Part shown: piece after piece, positions 30,274 to 40,425 of the stretch | Numbering within the stretch: position 1 is the stretch's first letter | How the letters are laid out: each line of letters opens with the position of its first letter | Origin: Candidatus Dormiibacterota bacterium | Lineage (GTDB): Bacteria; Chloroflexota; Dormibacteria; Aeolococcales; Aeolococcaceae | Assembly (NCBI GenBank): GCA_963718525.1 | Contig: OY970355.1 | Location: 2,080,001 to 2,144,000 of the forward strand | DNA: 64,000 nt | Direction: 5' to 3' | Program-made: the position numbers and the translations under genes | Notes under the pieces: model-generated | The model's input: only the letters and a program-made list of their open reading frames with translations | What the model was told of the DNA's origin: nothing | The model's database searches: none

Positions 30274-31018
30274 TCACGTCCGCCGGCGCGGCACCGCTCT
30301 TGATCAGGTTCGTGACGGCCTCCTCGGCGCCCTCGGCAGCCTCGCAGTGGGCGATCACAGCGTCCACGCTTTCGAACGGGACGATGCACACGCCGCTGTC
30401 GTCGGCGGCGATGAGGTCCCCGGGACGCACCTGAGCGCCGCAGATCGCGACCGTGCCGTTGATCTCGACGGCTTCGACTCGATGGCGGCCGGTGATCGGC
30501 GTCCGGCCGCGGCTCCAGACGTGCGGACCCGTGGTGCGTATCGACGCGATGTCGCGCACCCCACCGTCGACGATGCAGCCCGCGATGCCGAGGCGGACAG
30601 CCCAGAGCGCAGAGAGGTTGCCCATCACCGACGTTCCAGCGGCTCCGCCGGCGTCGAACACCGCCACGTCGCCGGCCTGACCGACACCGTAGAGATCACG
30701 GTCGGCGAGCAGCGGGCGGCTGTCGCGCGCGTAGTGCGCGCCGGGAGTGCCGCCGCGGCCCGCGTATCGGATCGTCACGGCAGGTCCGCAGATGCGCTGA
30801 CCCGGTGCCAGCGGAACCAGGACATGGCCAGGAATCGCTGATCCGACGCCGAGCGCATCCAACGCGTCCGACACGGTCGACGTCAGGTCGGTGATCCGGC
30901 TGAATCTGGCGATAACCTCGGGCGCTGGTCGTGCAATGCGCACGGCGCGAATGCGACTCTCGTCGATCAGCCCGAGCAGCCGGTCGCGAACTGCATCCAA
31001 CTCTTCAGGAGTTGCCAT
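30245..31018 (-). CDS. RraA family / HMG-CHA aldolase-like protein
   Basis: VSDALD, CGPAVT, MGNLSA, DGGVRD, VRPGDLI.ADDSGV; convergent 29-nt overlap with MmgE/PrpD (2). Confidence 0.87.
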   Translation of the reverse strand: MATPEELDAVRDRLLGLIDESRIRAVRIARPAPEVIARFSRITDLTSTVSDALDALGVGSAIPGHVLVPLAPGQRICGPAVTIRYAGRGGTPGAHYARDSRPLLADRDLYGVGQAGDVAVFDAGGAAGTSVMGNLSALWAVRLGIAGCIVDGGVRDIASIRTTGPHVWSRGRTPITGRHRVEAVEINGTVAICGAQVRPGDLIAADDSGVCIVPFESVDAVIAHCEAAEGAEEAVTNLIKSGAAPADVTRALSPERW

Positions 31019-32405
31019 TCAGACCCCGATGTGTTGACGGCGCTGCGGCTGTGCACGCCGATGTCAGCAGTTCGAGGGCGGTGATGTCCGGCGCCGTGGG
31101 CATCCCCATGACCTCATCGAGAAGACGCTGCACCGAGTTGTCATCATATTCGCCGGAAACGTTGTCGCGGAATTTCGCGATCACGTCGTCGCGTGTCAGC
31201 GGTGCGGAGCGGCTTCCGCGTGGTGCCTCGACGGTGATCGCGCGCTCACGTCCGTCCGCCAGCAGCAGGCTGATGCCCGCGGCCAGCGGCGGTGCCGCCG
31301 GGTCGGTACGCACATGCACCTTGCTCACCCACGTCTCGAACGACCCCGCGTCGTCGACCAGACGCTGCTGCGTCGCGACGCTGAAGGTATCGACGTTCAC
31401 CCGTCCATCCGTGAGTGCGGCGAGCGCGCAGTAACGAAGACTGAACTTGGCATTCTCGGCGCCGAGCGAGGTCTTGTCAGCGATCTGCGCCGCCAGCGGA
31501 TGCACTTCAACGCTCATGCGCGCGACGTCGGCAGCCCCGAGGAGATCCAATGACCCGTGCAGCGAGAGTGTTGCGTCGATGGTGGAGTGGGTCAGGAAGC
31601 ACGACGGATATGGCTTGATGGCGACGAGTTCAGCGGCTCCGGCGCATTCGTCGCCCCAGCGCACCGTCGTCGGTGCATCGACTCCGAGCCAGAGAGCCAG
31701 CACTCCGTGATCGCCGAAGGCCGCACCGTGCGGCGCGTTCAATCCGGCCGCCACGAACGTTGCGGCGCGGACGCCGATCTCTGACGCTCGCGCCGCCTGG
31801 AGGGGCTTGCCGTCACTGCCGAACGCTGCCCCAAGGCCGGCTGCGAGTAACGCCGCAACTTCCACGGCGTCGGCGGTCATCTCAGCGTCATGGGTCAGCA
31901 GCCAGCCGCAGGCGGCACCCGACCCGAGGCTGCCGAGGATTGCAGTGGAATGTGCTCCGGCGGTGTTGAGGGCCGGACCGCAGGCCGATGCGAAGTCGAT
32001 GAATCGAATGCCGAGGTCGTAAGCGTCGAGCAGGTCACGTCCGCTGCTCCGGTGTGCTCGTCCCAGTGCCAGCAATCCTGGGAGCAATGCGGTGGCGGTG
32101 TGGCACAGGGAGGGCTCATGCGTATCGTCAAAGTCGAGAGCGTGCATCTGCATGCCGTGCAACCACGCGGCATCCCATGGCGTTGCAGCGGCGCCGAAGA
32201 CGCTCGCCGCAATCCGCCCCGCGTGCGCGGCCCGTCCAGCGACCGCCACGCCGACCCCGTCGAGCATGAGATCGAGCAACCGTGGAATCCGGTCGCCGGC
32301 GCGCGTGGTGGCGAAGAGACGGATCTGATCCACGAGGGCGGCATGCCGATCGCCGCCGATCATGACGTCGCGTGAGTTGAGTGTCGGCACGTCAACGTCG
32401 GTCAT
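31005..32405 (-). CDS. MmgE/PrpD family protein (3)
   Basis: HALDFDDTH, IKPYPSC, AKFSLRYC, PRGS..PLT..D..AKF. Confidence 0.88.
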   Translation of the reverse strand: MTDVDVPTLNSRDVMIGGDRHAALVDQIRLFATTRAGDRIPRLLDLMLDGVGVAVAGRAAHAGRIAASVFGAAATPWDAAWLHGMQMHALDFDDTHEPSLCHTATALLPGLLALGRAHRSSGRDLLDAYDLGIRFIDFASACGPALNTAGAHSTAILGSLGSGAACGWLLTHDAEMTADAVEVAALLAAGLGAAFGSDGKPLQAARASEIGVRAATFVAAGLNAPHGAAFGDHGVLALWLGVDAPTTVRWGDECAGAAELVAIKPYPSCFLTHSTIDATLSLHGSLDLLGAADVARMSVEVHPLAAQIADKTSLGAENAKFSLRYCALAALTDGRVNVDTFSVATQQRLVDDAGSFETWVSKVHVRTDPAAPPLAAGISLLLADGRERAITVEAPRGSRSAPLTRDDVIAKFRDNVSGEYDDNSVQRLLDEVMGMPTAPDITALELLTSACTAAAPSTHRGLNGNS

Positions 32406-32431
32406 GAGCTCCTCCGCGATACCACCGGCAT

Positions 32432-33175
32432 CTACGCCGGGTTCCCGTCTTCTGCAACGGCGCGCTCGCTCACCGACAAGGCGCGCGCCGACCGCCGGAT
32501 GTGCTTGCGCACCGACCTCGCCGCCGCAGGGATGTCACCAGCCATGACGTTGCGCAGGATCTCCGCATGCTCGTCGACGGCGTGGACGCGATTATCAGCA
32601 CGGGAGGCGTTGACCTCGCGATACAGCAGCATGCGATCCCAGAGGGTGTTGATCATCTGCAGCAGCAACGGAGAATCGGACGGTGCGTATAGCGTGAAGT
32701 GGAACTGGCGATTCACCTCGCTCCACGCCAGCGCTTGCCCTTCAAGCGGCATCATCGCCATCCGCCGATTGAGGTCGGCGGCTTTCTGGAGGTGACTCGC
32801 TTCAAAGTGCGGACCGGCGAGGCGAAGCGCGAGCTCCTCCAGGCGCTCTCGGATCCGATTGATCTCCGTGATCTGCGGCAGCGAGAGCTTGGCGACAAAC
32901 GCACCACGGCGCGGGAGGATCTCCACGAGGCCCTCGGCTTCGAGCTGACGCAGGCTCTCGCGGACGGGAATGATGCTGACCCCGAGACGTTCGGCGAGAA
33001 CCTGCTGATCGAGCCGCGAACCGAGATCGAACGTGCCATCGAGAATCCACGCGCGGATCTCATTGCTCACGTAGTCGCTGGCCGTCTCGGGTGGACGGCG
33101 TTCGTGCTTGCGGCCGCGCCCATCCACCGACGTGCGTGACGGGCTCGACGCAGCCGCCCTAGCAGGCATGGTCAT
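32432..33175 (-). CDS. GntR-family (FadR/FCD) transcriptional regulator
   Basis: LAERLGVSIIPVRESLRQLEAEGLV..PRRG HTH; NRQFH, EH..I FCD motifs. Confidence 0.93.
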   Translation of the reverse strand: MTMPARAAASSPSRTSVDGRGRKHERRPPETASDYVSNEIRAWILDGTFDLGSRLDQQVLAERLGVSIIPVRESLRQLEAEGLVEILPRRGAFVAKLSLPQITEINRIRERLEELALRLAGPHFEASHLQKAADLNRRMAMMPLEGQALAWSEVNRQFHFTLYAPSDSPLLLQMINTLWDRMLLYREVNASRADNRVHAVDEHAEILRNVMAGDIPAAARSVRKHIRRSARALSVSERAVAEDGNPA

Positions 33176-33272
33176 GCATGATGCGTTCCTCCGCTCCTGA
33201 CGCCCCTCTCAACCGATATTGGCGCCCAATCATACGGTACGGAGAACGGATGCTCTCGACTCATATTCCGAC

Positions 33273-34478
33273 TCATATGACGCCCTCAGTAGTCAACTGT
33301 GCGAGCTCGCCGTCAGTCACGCCGAGCCAGTCGGCGTAGACCTCGCGCGTATGCTCGCCGAGGCGCGGGCCTGCATGGCGAATGCCACCGGGGGTGCGCG
33401 AGAGTTTCGGCACAACGTTCTGCATCCGGACCGAGCCCAGGTCCTGATCGTCCACGGCGATGATGCTCTCTCGATCGCGAAAATGCTCGTCCTCGAAGAC
33501 GCCGCGCACATCGTAGATCGGCGCGACGGCTGCGCCGGCGTCGTTCAGGGTGGCGAGCACATCGGCGGTGCGATGGGTGCTGATCCAGTCAGCGAACACC
33601 GCATCCAGCGTCGCGGAGTTCTCCGTCCGCGTCTGGTTGTTCCCATAGCGAACGTCGGTGATGAGCTCGGACCGTCCGATCGCATTGCAGGCTCGAACGA
33701 AGACGCTCTGCGTGCTGCAAGACATGGCGACCCAGTCGCCGTCCTGTGTTTTGAACGCGTTGCGAGGCGAGGCAAACGGAAGCCGCGAGCCCAGCCGCCC
33801 GGCGACGATGCCGAGTTGATCGAAGTCAACGAAGTGGTGCCCGAGCATCGTGAGCATCGGCTCGTAGATGCCCAGGTCGATCGCCTGGCCCTTGCCACTC
33901 ACGGTGTCGCGCTCGTGGAGCGCCACCATGACCGCGAAGGCGCCGCAGAGACCGGTCACCGCGTCGGCGAGCCCGAACGACGGCAGGGTTGGTGGCCCAT
34001 CGGGCTGCCCGGTCACATGCGCGTAGCCGCTCATCGCTTCGGCGAGCGTTCCGAATCCAGCTCGCGAACTGTAGCGCCCGGTCTTACCGAACGCCGAGAT
34101 GCTCAGCATCACCAGTCGTGGATTGAGTTCCTGCAGGGTGTCGTAGGCAAGTCCCCATCGCTCGAGGGTTCCGGGTCTGAAGTTCTCCACCAGGACGTCG
34201 GCCTTGGCGACCATCCGGCGCAGGATTTCCTGCCCCTGTGGCTTGTGCAGGTCGAGCGTGACCGATCGCTTGTTGCGAGCGACCATCTTCCAGAAGAGGG
34301 GTACATCGTTCTTCTGGCTGCCCCATCCCCGCATCATGTCGCCGTCGGGGTGCTCGATCTTGATGACGTCGGCACCGAAGTCGCCGAGCCACATTGCCGT
34401 CATCGGCGCAGCCATGAAGGATGCGATGTCGAGGACCTTGATGTTGGCGAGCGGCGGGAGCTCGGGCACTGTTGTCAT
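33273..34478 (-). CDS. CaiB/BaiF family III CoA-transferase
   Basis: PLANIKVLD, GADVIKIEHP.GD, RNKRS, ENFRPG, GLAD. Confidence 0.93.
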   Translation of the reverse strand: MTTVPELPPLANIKVLDIASFMAAPMTAMWLGDFGADVIKIEHPDGDMMRGWGSQKNDVPLFWKMVARNKRSVTLDLHKPQGQEILRRMVAKADVLVENFRPGTLERWGLAYDTLQELNPRLVMLSISAFGKTGRYSSRAGFGTLAEAMSGYAHVTGQPDGPPTLPSFGLADAVTGLCGAFAVMVALHERDTVSGKGQAIDLGIYEPMLTMLGHHFVDFDQLGIVAGRLGSRLPFASPRNAFKTQDGDWVAMSCSTQSVFVRACNAIGRSELITDVRYGNNQTRTENSATLDAVFADWISTHRTADVLATLNDAGAAVAPIYDVRGVFEDEHFRDRESIIAVDDQDLGSVRMQNVVPKLSRTPGGIRHAGPRLGEHTREVYADWLGVTDGELAQLTTEGVI

Positions 34479-35743
34479 ATCGTCCCAACCGGTTGACGGA
34501 GCTCGCCTGCCTCGGCCGCTGTGATGAGGCCGAGTTCTTCCGCTCGCTGCGGAGCGATGTATCCCCACGCGGCCGCGCGACGAAGCTGCCTGCGCACCTG
34601 CCGGTCGGTGCCGATGTCGAGCAACTCTCCGCGGCTGCCCGCGACCGCGCCCTTGTCGTCCGCACCGGCGCGACGAAACAACTCGAGCTCGGTCAGGAGC
34701 GCGTCGACGACCGAAGCAGAGAACGCGGCTCGGAACGCCAATTCGGTGGAAAGCAGTTGGAGTGGGTGCCCCGCCCAGCGTCCACTCATGCCGACGTCGA
34801 TGGAATGCTGCGCATCCTCAAAGTTCGCCACCATGCGATCGAGCACGAGGGCGTGGTTTTCATCGGGACTCAGGCCCGCAAGGCCCACCGGGAAGTCGAG
34901 TGTCATCCCGTCGATCGCCGGGACGCCCACCGCACCGGCGACGGACACGATGATCATCCGTGCCCATTCGCAGATGGGATGGCGATACCGGACCTGTGGC
35001 AGCCCAAGGTCAGCGCTGAGATCGACGGTGCCGAGGATGATCCCCGCCAGCCGGTCGCGTCCCGCGAGCGCGAGCTGCGTCAGATTGAGCACGCCCCAGC
35101 CGGTCTCGATCTGGAAGCTCACGCGGATCCGATTCCTGCTCAAGCCGAGCTGCTCCTCGATCGCCGAGAGCACGCTGTCGAGCCACTCCACCTCGTGGAC
35201 GTGCCGGATCTTCGGAATCACGATGCCGTCGAGCGGGTACGACTCCGAAGCGAGCCCCTCGCCCGCGCGCATGAGGATGTCGAACAGGTCATCCGCGCAC
35301 CGCGGGTCTTCGATGCCGGCGGGACGGATGAAACACAGCGTCGACCCACGGTCGACTTCGCGGAGGAGTCTGACGGCGTTCGACCGCGCTTCGTCGATCA
35401 TGTTCGGCGCCACGCCGTCCTCGAGATCCAGCAGGACCACAGGCGCACCGTGGCCGCCGAGTACTTCGGTGACCACCGATGCGTCCATCTCCAGACGCCG
35501 CGCCAGCTCGTCAACCTGGATGCCGTACCGGTCCATCAACCGTGCGGAGACCGCATGCGCGTTGGTCAGCGCCTTCTCGGCGAGTGCGAACCCGGAGGCC
35601 GGCGCAGTGAGATGCGCCTGCTGCCGCAGGTAGGGAAGGGGAAGCTGTGCGCGCGTCGCGTCGCCGCGTCGTACCGCGGCCTGTTGGGTGGTCCGGAAGT
35701 GCTCGAGCAGCTCGCCTCGACCGTCAGCCACGGTACTGGTCAT
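34475..35743 (-). CDS. CitE / malyl-CoA-lyase-like protein (aldolase/citrate lyase family)
   Basis: LDLEDGVAP, IRP, IVIPK, QIET, LGTVDLSADLG, AIDG, HPLQ; GAGGAG RBS. Confidence 0.8.
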   Translation of the reverse strand: MTSTVADGRGELLEHFRTTQQAAVRRGDATRAQLPLPYLRQQAHLTAPASGFALAEKALTNAHAVSARLMDRYGIQVDELARRLEMDASVVTEVLGGHGAPVVLLDLEDGVAPNMIDEARSNAVRLLREVDRGSTLCFIRPAGIEDPRCADDLFDILMRAGEGLASESYPLDGIVIPKIRHVHEVEWLDSVLSAIEEQLGLSRNRIRVSFQIETGWGVLNLTQLALAGRDRLAGIILGTVDLSADLGLPQVRYRHPICEWARMIIVSVAGAVGVPAIDGMTLDFPVGLAGLSPDENHALVLDRMVANFEDAQHSIDVGMSGRWAGHPLQLLSTELAFRAAFSASVVDALLTELELFRRAGADDKGAVAGSRGELLDIGTDRQVRRQLRRAAAWGYIAPQRAEELGLITAAEAGELRQPVGTI

Positions 35744-37505
35744 TCGATGTCTCCTCATGGCGGCGCATGCGCGCCCCGCTGCGGCCGGTCTCGCCGGATG
35801 CGTCGACGACGCGACCCAACTCATCGATCAGCACGCCGTAATCGCGCCACGCAGCATCGGCGCTGACGTAGCCGTCTCGAACATCGGCGACCACTCGCGA
35901 CGCGTCTCGGTCGAGGGGGTCGCCCCATCCACCACCGCCTCCGCCGAACAGCTGGACGCGTGCGTTCGAGCTGAGGCGGATGTCATCGCGCTTCAGCACG
36001 AGCTCCCAATCGGCGCCGGGATCTGCCTGGATGTACGCGCGATTCGGTCGTCCCGGCAGACCGCCGTTGAGTCCCCACGGTAGACACTCATGGCGGTCGA
36101 CGTTGATCTGCATCGATGCCGACGCAGAGAGCAGGCGAAATGTCCTGCGGTAGCCCAGCCCGCCGCGATGCAGCCCTGCGCCCGCGCTGTCGGTGTCGAG
36201 CGCCGACTCCTCAACGAGTATCGGGATGGTCAACTCCTGGAGCTCGACCGGAACGTCCGGGGTATCGCCTTCGTGGAAGCAGACCGTGGCGCTCACACCG
36301 TCCTCGTGGGGCCGCCCTCCGTGTCCCCCCGGTACGGGTTCGAAGAACACGAAGCGACGGTTGTTCAGATCGCGACCCTGAATGAGGCACATCGGGATAT
36401 CGCCGAAGTGTCCAGCCGGAATCGCGTCCGGCAGCGCAGGGCTCAGCGCTTTGAGGATCACGTCCAGGGTGGTGCTCGTGGTTCGCGCCCACCACCCGCA
36501 TGCCGCGGGCAGCGTCGCGCTCACGATCTTTCCCGGCGTCACGACGACGTGCAGCGGTCGGAAGTGACCCTCGTTGACGGGTTCGTGCGGCGTCGTCAGG
36601 CACTTGAATGCGTTGCGCGCGATCGAGATGGCGCCGGTCAGCCCGGTGTTGATGGATCCACGCGTTTGATCGGCAAATCCCGAGAAGTCGATGGTCATCT
36701 CGTCGCCGGACACCTCGATGACCACTGGGAGCGCGATGTGCTCGCCGAGCGTGATCCCGTCATCGTCGAGAAAGGCCTCGGCTCGGTAGGTGCCATCCGC
36801 GATCTCGCGCACCGCGGCGCGCGCGAGACGTTCCCCGTGGTCGAAGATCGCGACCGCCGCTTCCTCGAATTGAGCACGACCGTAGCGTTTGACCAGCGCG
36901 TCGAGCCTGCGCTCGCCGGTGCGGCAGGCCGCCACCTGAGCGCGCAGGTCGCCGAGAACTTCCTCGGGCATCCGCGTGTTGTCGGCGATCAATCGATGGA
37001 CCGCCTCCTCCGGCGCGCCCCTGGAGTAGAAGCGCAGCTGGCGGATGCGAAGACCTTCCTGGTAGATCTCGGTCAGCCGAGTGGAACGCGAGCCCGGCAC
37101 CGCGCCGCCCATGTCCACCATGTGTCCACGCGCCACCGCGAAGCCGACCAGTCCATCGGAGAAGATCGGTGAGTAGGTGGCGACATTGTTGATGTGCGTG
37201 CCGATGGTGAACGGGTCGTTGCTGATGTAGACGTCACCGGGTTCGAACGCGTCGATGCCGAGCAGCTCGATCCCGTCTCGAACGACGTCTCCCATGTCCG
37301 CCAGGAACATCGGAAGGCCCGGAGCGCACGCGAGGATGTTGCCTGCGCGGTCGACGAGCCCGACGCACACGTCCTGAATCTGATGGATGCTCGGGCTGTA
37401 CGCGGCGCGCTTGACGTTGCTCATCATCTCGTCCGCGGTGGCGATGAGGCTGTGCCGGATGACCGCGGTGGTCACCGCGTCGATGCGGCCTACCGTCGTG
37501 GTCAT
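35724..37505 (-). CDS. Hydantoinase B / 5-oxoprolinase-type subunit
   Basis: AYSPSI, PGDVYISNDPF..GTH.N, H..D.GG..PGS, EIYQEGL, DFSG, GAG.HRGG.G, GGGGWGDP. Confidence 0.93.
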   Translation of the reverse strand: MTTTVGRIDAVTTAVIRHSLIATADEMMSNVKRAAYSPSIHQIQDVCVGLVDRAGNILACAPGLPMFLADMGDVVRDGIELLGIDAFEPGDVYISNDPFTIGTHINNVATYSPIFSDGLVGFAVARGHMVDMGGAVPGSRSTRLTEIYQEGLRIRQLRFYSRGAPEEAVHRLIADNTRMPEEVLGDLRAQVAACRTGERRLDALVKRYGRAQFEEAAVAIFDHGERLARAAVREIADGTYRAEAFLDDDGITLGEHIALPVVIEVSGDEMTIDFSGFADQTRGSINTGLTGAISIARNAFKCLTTPHEPVNEGHFRPLHVVVTPGKIVSATLPAACGWWARTTSTTLDVILKALSPALPDAIPAGHFGDIPMCLIQGRDLNNRRFVFFEPVPGGHGGRPHEDGVSATVCFHEGDTPDVPVELQELTIPILVEESALDTDSAGAGLHRGGLGYRRTFRLLSASASMQINVDRHECLPWGLNGGLPGRPNRAYIQADPGADWELVLKRDDIRLSSNARVQLFGGGGGGWGDPLDRDASRVVADVRDGYVSADAAWRDYGVLIDELGRVVDASGETGRSGARMRRHEETSNDQYRG

Positions 37506-39556
37506 GCGGTCGCCCCCAGCCGGATGCGCAAGTGGCCGCCATGCAGGACCTGCGCGCGATCGCGCGCCGGAATCAGAACCGTTGTCGCAAGATCCTCAAT
37601 GATCGCCGGGCCGTCGACGACTGCCCCAGAGCGGAGTGAGGGGCGGCGATGCACTGCGCAGGTGTGCCAGTCACCGTCGTCCATGAGCACCCGTCGCCGC
37701 CCTTGCGCGACGGCGCGGGTCGTCGGTGTCTTCGTCTCGGAGCCCGGTGCCGGCTTGGACACCTCGGAGATGGCCGTGACGCGGACGGCTCTCACCTCGA
37801 TGGGTTCCTTCGGTGCGTTGTGTCCGTAACGCTCGGCGTGGGCACGATGGAAGAGATCGGGGAGGTGCTCCGAGAGAGCGCTCCCCGCGTTTGCCGGCAC
37901 AGTGAGCGTCAGCGGATGAAACTGACCGACGTACCGAAGGTCGAGCTTGCGGATGTAGGTCATCCGCGGCGCTTCGTCGCCGACGAACTGATCGGAGACG
38001 TACCGAGTTGCTTCAGCCTCGAGCTCCGCGAACTGGGCGTTGAGCTCGGCATCATCGATGCTGTCGAGGCGGCCGAGACGGGTTCGTGCGACGTCGTGAC
38101 GGAGATCGGTGACCAGCATCCCGAAAGCGGCGAACGTCCCGGCGCGCGCAGGCACGATGACCTCCGGGATCTGCAACTCCGCCGCGAGTGACGCGGCGTG
38201 CATCGCTCCGGCGCCGCCGTATGCAACCAGGGTGAAGTCGCGTGGATCGCGACCCCGTTCGAGGGTGATCGACCTGATCGCCGACGCCATGATCGTGTTC
38301 GCGATCCGCACCACGCCGAGCGCACATTCGGAGCTGTCCATGTCGAACTCCCGGCCGAGACGGCTCAGCGCCTTGATCGCGAGCTGAGCGTCAAGACGCA
38401 TCTCGCCACCGAGGAAGTAGTCGGGGTCGATCCTGCCGAGGGCGACATTCGCGTCGGTGATCGTCGGCTCGACGCCACCCAGCGCGTATGAGGCCGGACC
38501 GGGCACGGAGCCGGCGCTCCGCGGACCCACGCACAGCCCCCCGCCGGCATCGACGTAGGCGATGCTCCCGCCTCCCGCGCCGACCTCGACGATGTCGAGG
38601 AACGGCACCTGGACGGGGAGGCCCTCGAGCCGTCCGCCGATGAAATACTCGGTCGACGCCTCGGGTTCGCCGCGATTGATCACACAAGCCTTCGCGCTGG
38701 TGCCGCCCATGTCGAATGCGATCGCGTCACCGGTGCCCAGGGCGTCGGCGAGGCGCGCCACCCCCGTCACGCCCGCTGCAGGCCCGGATTCGAGCGTTCG
38801 AATCGGTTGCACCACGGCGACGGCCGAGGTCATCACTCCTCCATTGGACTGGGTGATGAGCAGCGGAGCAGCACAGCTCTGTTCCTCCAGGTGTTGCTTG
38901 AGCCGCTGCAGATATCCGGCGACCAGCGGTCCGACGTACGCATTCACCACAACGGTGCAGGTCCGCTCGTACTCGCCGATCTCGCGTGAGAGGGCACCGG
39001 ACGTCGACACGAACACGTCCGGGCGCAAGGCGCGGACCCGCTCTGCCGCGGCGACCTCATGCGCCGGGTCGACGTAGGAGTGGAGGAATGAGATGGCAAC
39101 GGACTCGACGTCGTCCGGCAGTTCGCTGACTGCCCCGGCGAGGACTTCGTCGTCGAGCTCCCGGATCTCGTTGCCGTGGGCATCGAGCCGCTCGGGCACC
39201 TCGATTCGCAACGTGCGCGGAACCGGGCACATCCTGGCCTTGAAGAAGAGGTTGTACATGTCCGGCCGGTTCTTGCGTCCCATCTCCAGGACATCACGGA
39301 AGCCCTGCGTGGTCAGCAGTGCCGTCTTGACCCCCGTCTGCTGCAGCACCGCGTTGATGGCGATGGTCGACCCGTGGATGAACGCAACGGTGCCGGGGAG
39401 TGGGACCTCCGCGTGCTCCAGAGCTCGCACGACCCCCTGCACGGGGTCGTCGGGGACGGTGAGGACCTTGCTTGCCGCGATGCTGCCGTCATCCTGGTTC
39501 CACGCCACCAGATCGGTGAACGTCCCGCCGATGTCGACAGCGACGCGCCAGGTCAC
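37502..39556 (-). CDS. Hydantoinase A / 5-oxoprolinase-type ATP-binding subunit
   Basis: VDIGGTFTD, HGST.A.N, ESGPAAG, DMGGTS, GAGGGS, GP.SAGS.PGP, PTITDA, YGGAG. Confidence 0.94.
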   Translation of the reverse strand: MTWRVAVDIGGTFTDLVAWNQDDGSIAASKVLTVPDDPVQGVVRALEHAEVPLPGTVAFIHGSTIAINAVLQQTGVKTALLTTQGFRDVLEMGRKNRPDMYNLFFKARMCPVPRTLRIEVPERLDAHGNEIRELDDEVLAGAVSELPDDVESVAISFLHSYVDPAHEVAAAERVRALRPDVFVSTSGALSREIGEYERTCTVVVNAYVGPLVAGYLQRLKQHLEEQSCAAPLLITQSNGGVMTSAVAVVQPIRTLESGPAAGVTGVARLADALGTGDAIAFDMGGTSAKACVINRGEPEASTEYFIGGRLEGLPVQVPFLDIVEVGAGGGSIAYVDAGGGLCVGPRSAGSVPGPASYALGGVEPTITDANVALGRIDPDYFLGGEMRLDAQLAIKALSRLGREFDMDSSECALGVVRIANTIMASAIRSITLERGRDPRDFTLVAYGGAGAMHAASLAAELQIPEVIVPARAGTFAAFGMLVTDLRHDVARTRLGRLDSIDDAELNAQFAELEAEATRYVSDQFVGDEAPRMTYIRKLDLRYVGQFHPLTLTVPANAGSALSEHLPDLFHRAHAERYGHNAPKEPIEVRAVRVTAISEVSKPAPGSETKTPTTRAVAQGRRRVLMDDGDWHTCAVHRRPSLRSGAVVDGPAIIEDLATTVLIPARDRAQVLHGGHLRIRLGATA

Positions 39557-40422
39557 TTCAGGGCATCCGCCGCTCTCACGGTGTTCCTGATGGTGCCGAT
39601 CGTCTCCACGGACGTTTCGACGACATCCCCGGGCTTGAGCCAGATCGGGGGCACCCGCGACGCACCGATGCCTGCAGGTGTGCCTGTGAGGATGAGATCG
39701 CCTGGATGGAGTGTCGTCACTGCGGAGACGTAGGCGATCAGATGCGGAATGGAGAAGATCATGTGATCCGGGGTGTCATCCTGCAGCAGCTCTCCGTTGA
39801 CAGTGCATGTCACATGCAGTCGCGTCGGGTCTGGCACCTCATCGGCCGTGACCAGAAATGGTCCGATCGGCAGGAATGTGTCAAAGCTCTTGCCGAGCAG
39901 CCACTGCCCGCCGGGCTTCTTCAGCTGCCAATCTCTTGCGGTCACGTCGTTGGCGACCAGGTACCCGCGAACGAAACCCCAGGCGTCCTCCTCGGCGATG
40001 TCGCGTCCGGTCCGACCGATGACAACGGTCAACTCGGCCTCATAGTCGATGCGGCGCGGCGCGACGGCGGGAAGGACGATGTCGTCGTGCGGACCGATGA
40101 TCGATGAGGTGAGCTTTGCGAAGATGATCGGCTCGGTGGGAATCTCGGACTTCGTCTCGGCTGCGTGCTCCGCATAGTTGCGGCCGACGCACAGCACGGC
40201 GCGCGGGTTGTCGATCGGAGGCCCGAGAGACACGTCATCGAGCGAATACCCGGTTCCGCGACGCGCTGACTCCTCCATGGTGGTGAGCCGGTCGTCACCG
40301 TCCCCGAGCAAACTGGCCAGGTCAGCGCTCGCGCCCTCACCGACGGCTGGGAAGATCGTGCCGTCAACCACGAACCCGGTCCGCACTGAGTCACCGTCGC
40401 GGCGGAATCTCGCTATCCTCAT
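39553..40422 (-). CDS. Fumarylacetoacetate hydrolase family protein
   Basis: CVGRNYAEHA, IFAK, DYEAEL, NDVTARDWQ, GKSFDTF, LTGTPAG; TATTAT six nt before ATG 40422 (alternative start 40428). Confidence 0.93.
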   Translation of the reverse strand: MRIARFRRDGDSVRTGFVVDGTIFPAVGEGASADLASLLGDGDDRLTTMEESARRGTGYSLDDVSLGPPIDNPRAVLCVGRNYAEHAAETKSEIPTEPIIFAKLTSSIIGPHDDIVLPAVAPRRIDYEAELTVVIGRTGRDIAEEDAWGFVRGYLVANDVTARDWQLKKPGGQWLLGKSFDTFLPIGPFLVTADEVPDPTRLHVTCTVNGELLQDDTPDHMIFSIPHLIAYVSAVTTLHPGDLILTGTPAGIGASRVPPIWLKPGDVVETSVETIGTIRNTVRAADALK

Positions 40423-40425
40423 TCG

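Noticed and set aside
16977-32405. Canonical 2-methylcitrate cycle (prpBCD)
   Set aside because: The synthase looks like ordinary GltA rather than PrpC and is not in an operon with prpB; the MmgE/PrpD proteins are not canonical PrpD-like; no prpE, acnD or prpF is present.
25384-35866. Long antisense/alternate-frame ORFs (e.g. 25384..26844, 33219..34496, 34472..35866)
   Set aside because: They shadow well-supported genes on the opposite strand, have no motifs, and are expected in high-GC DNA.
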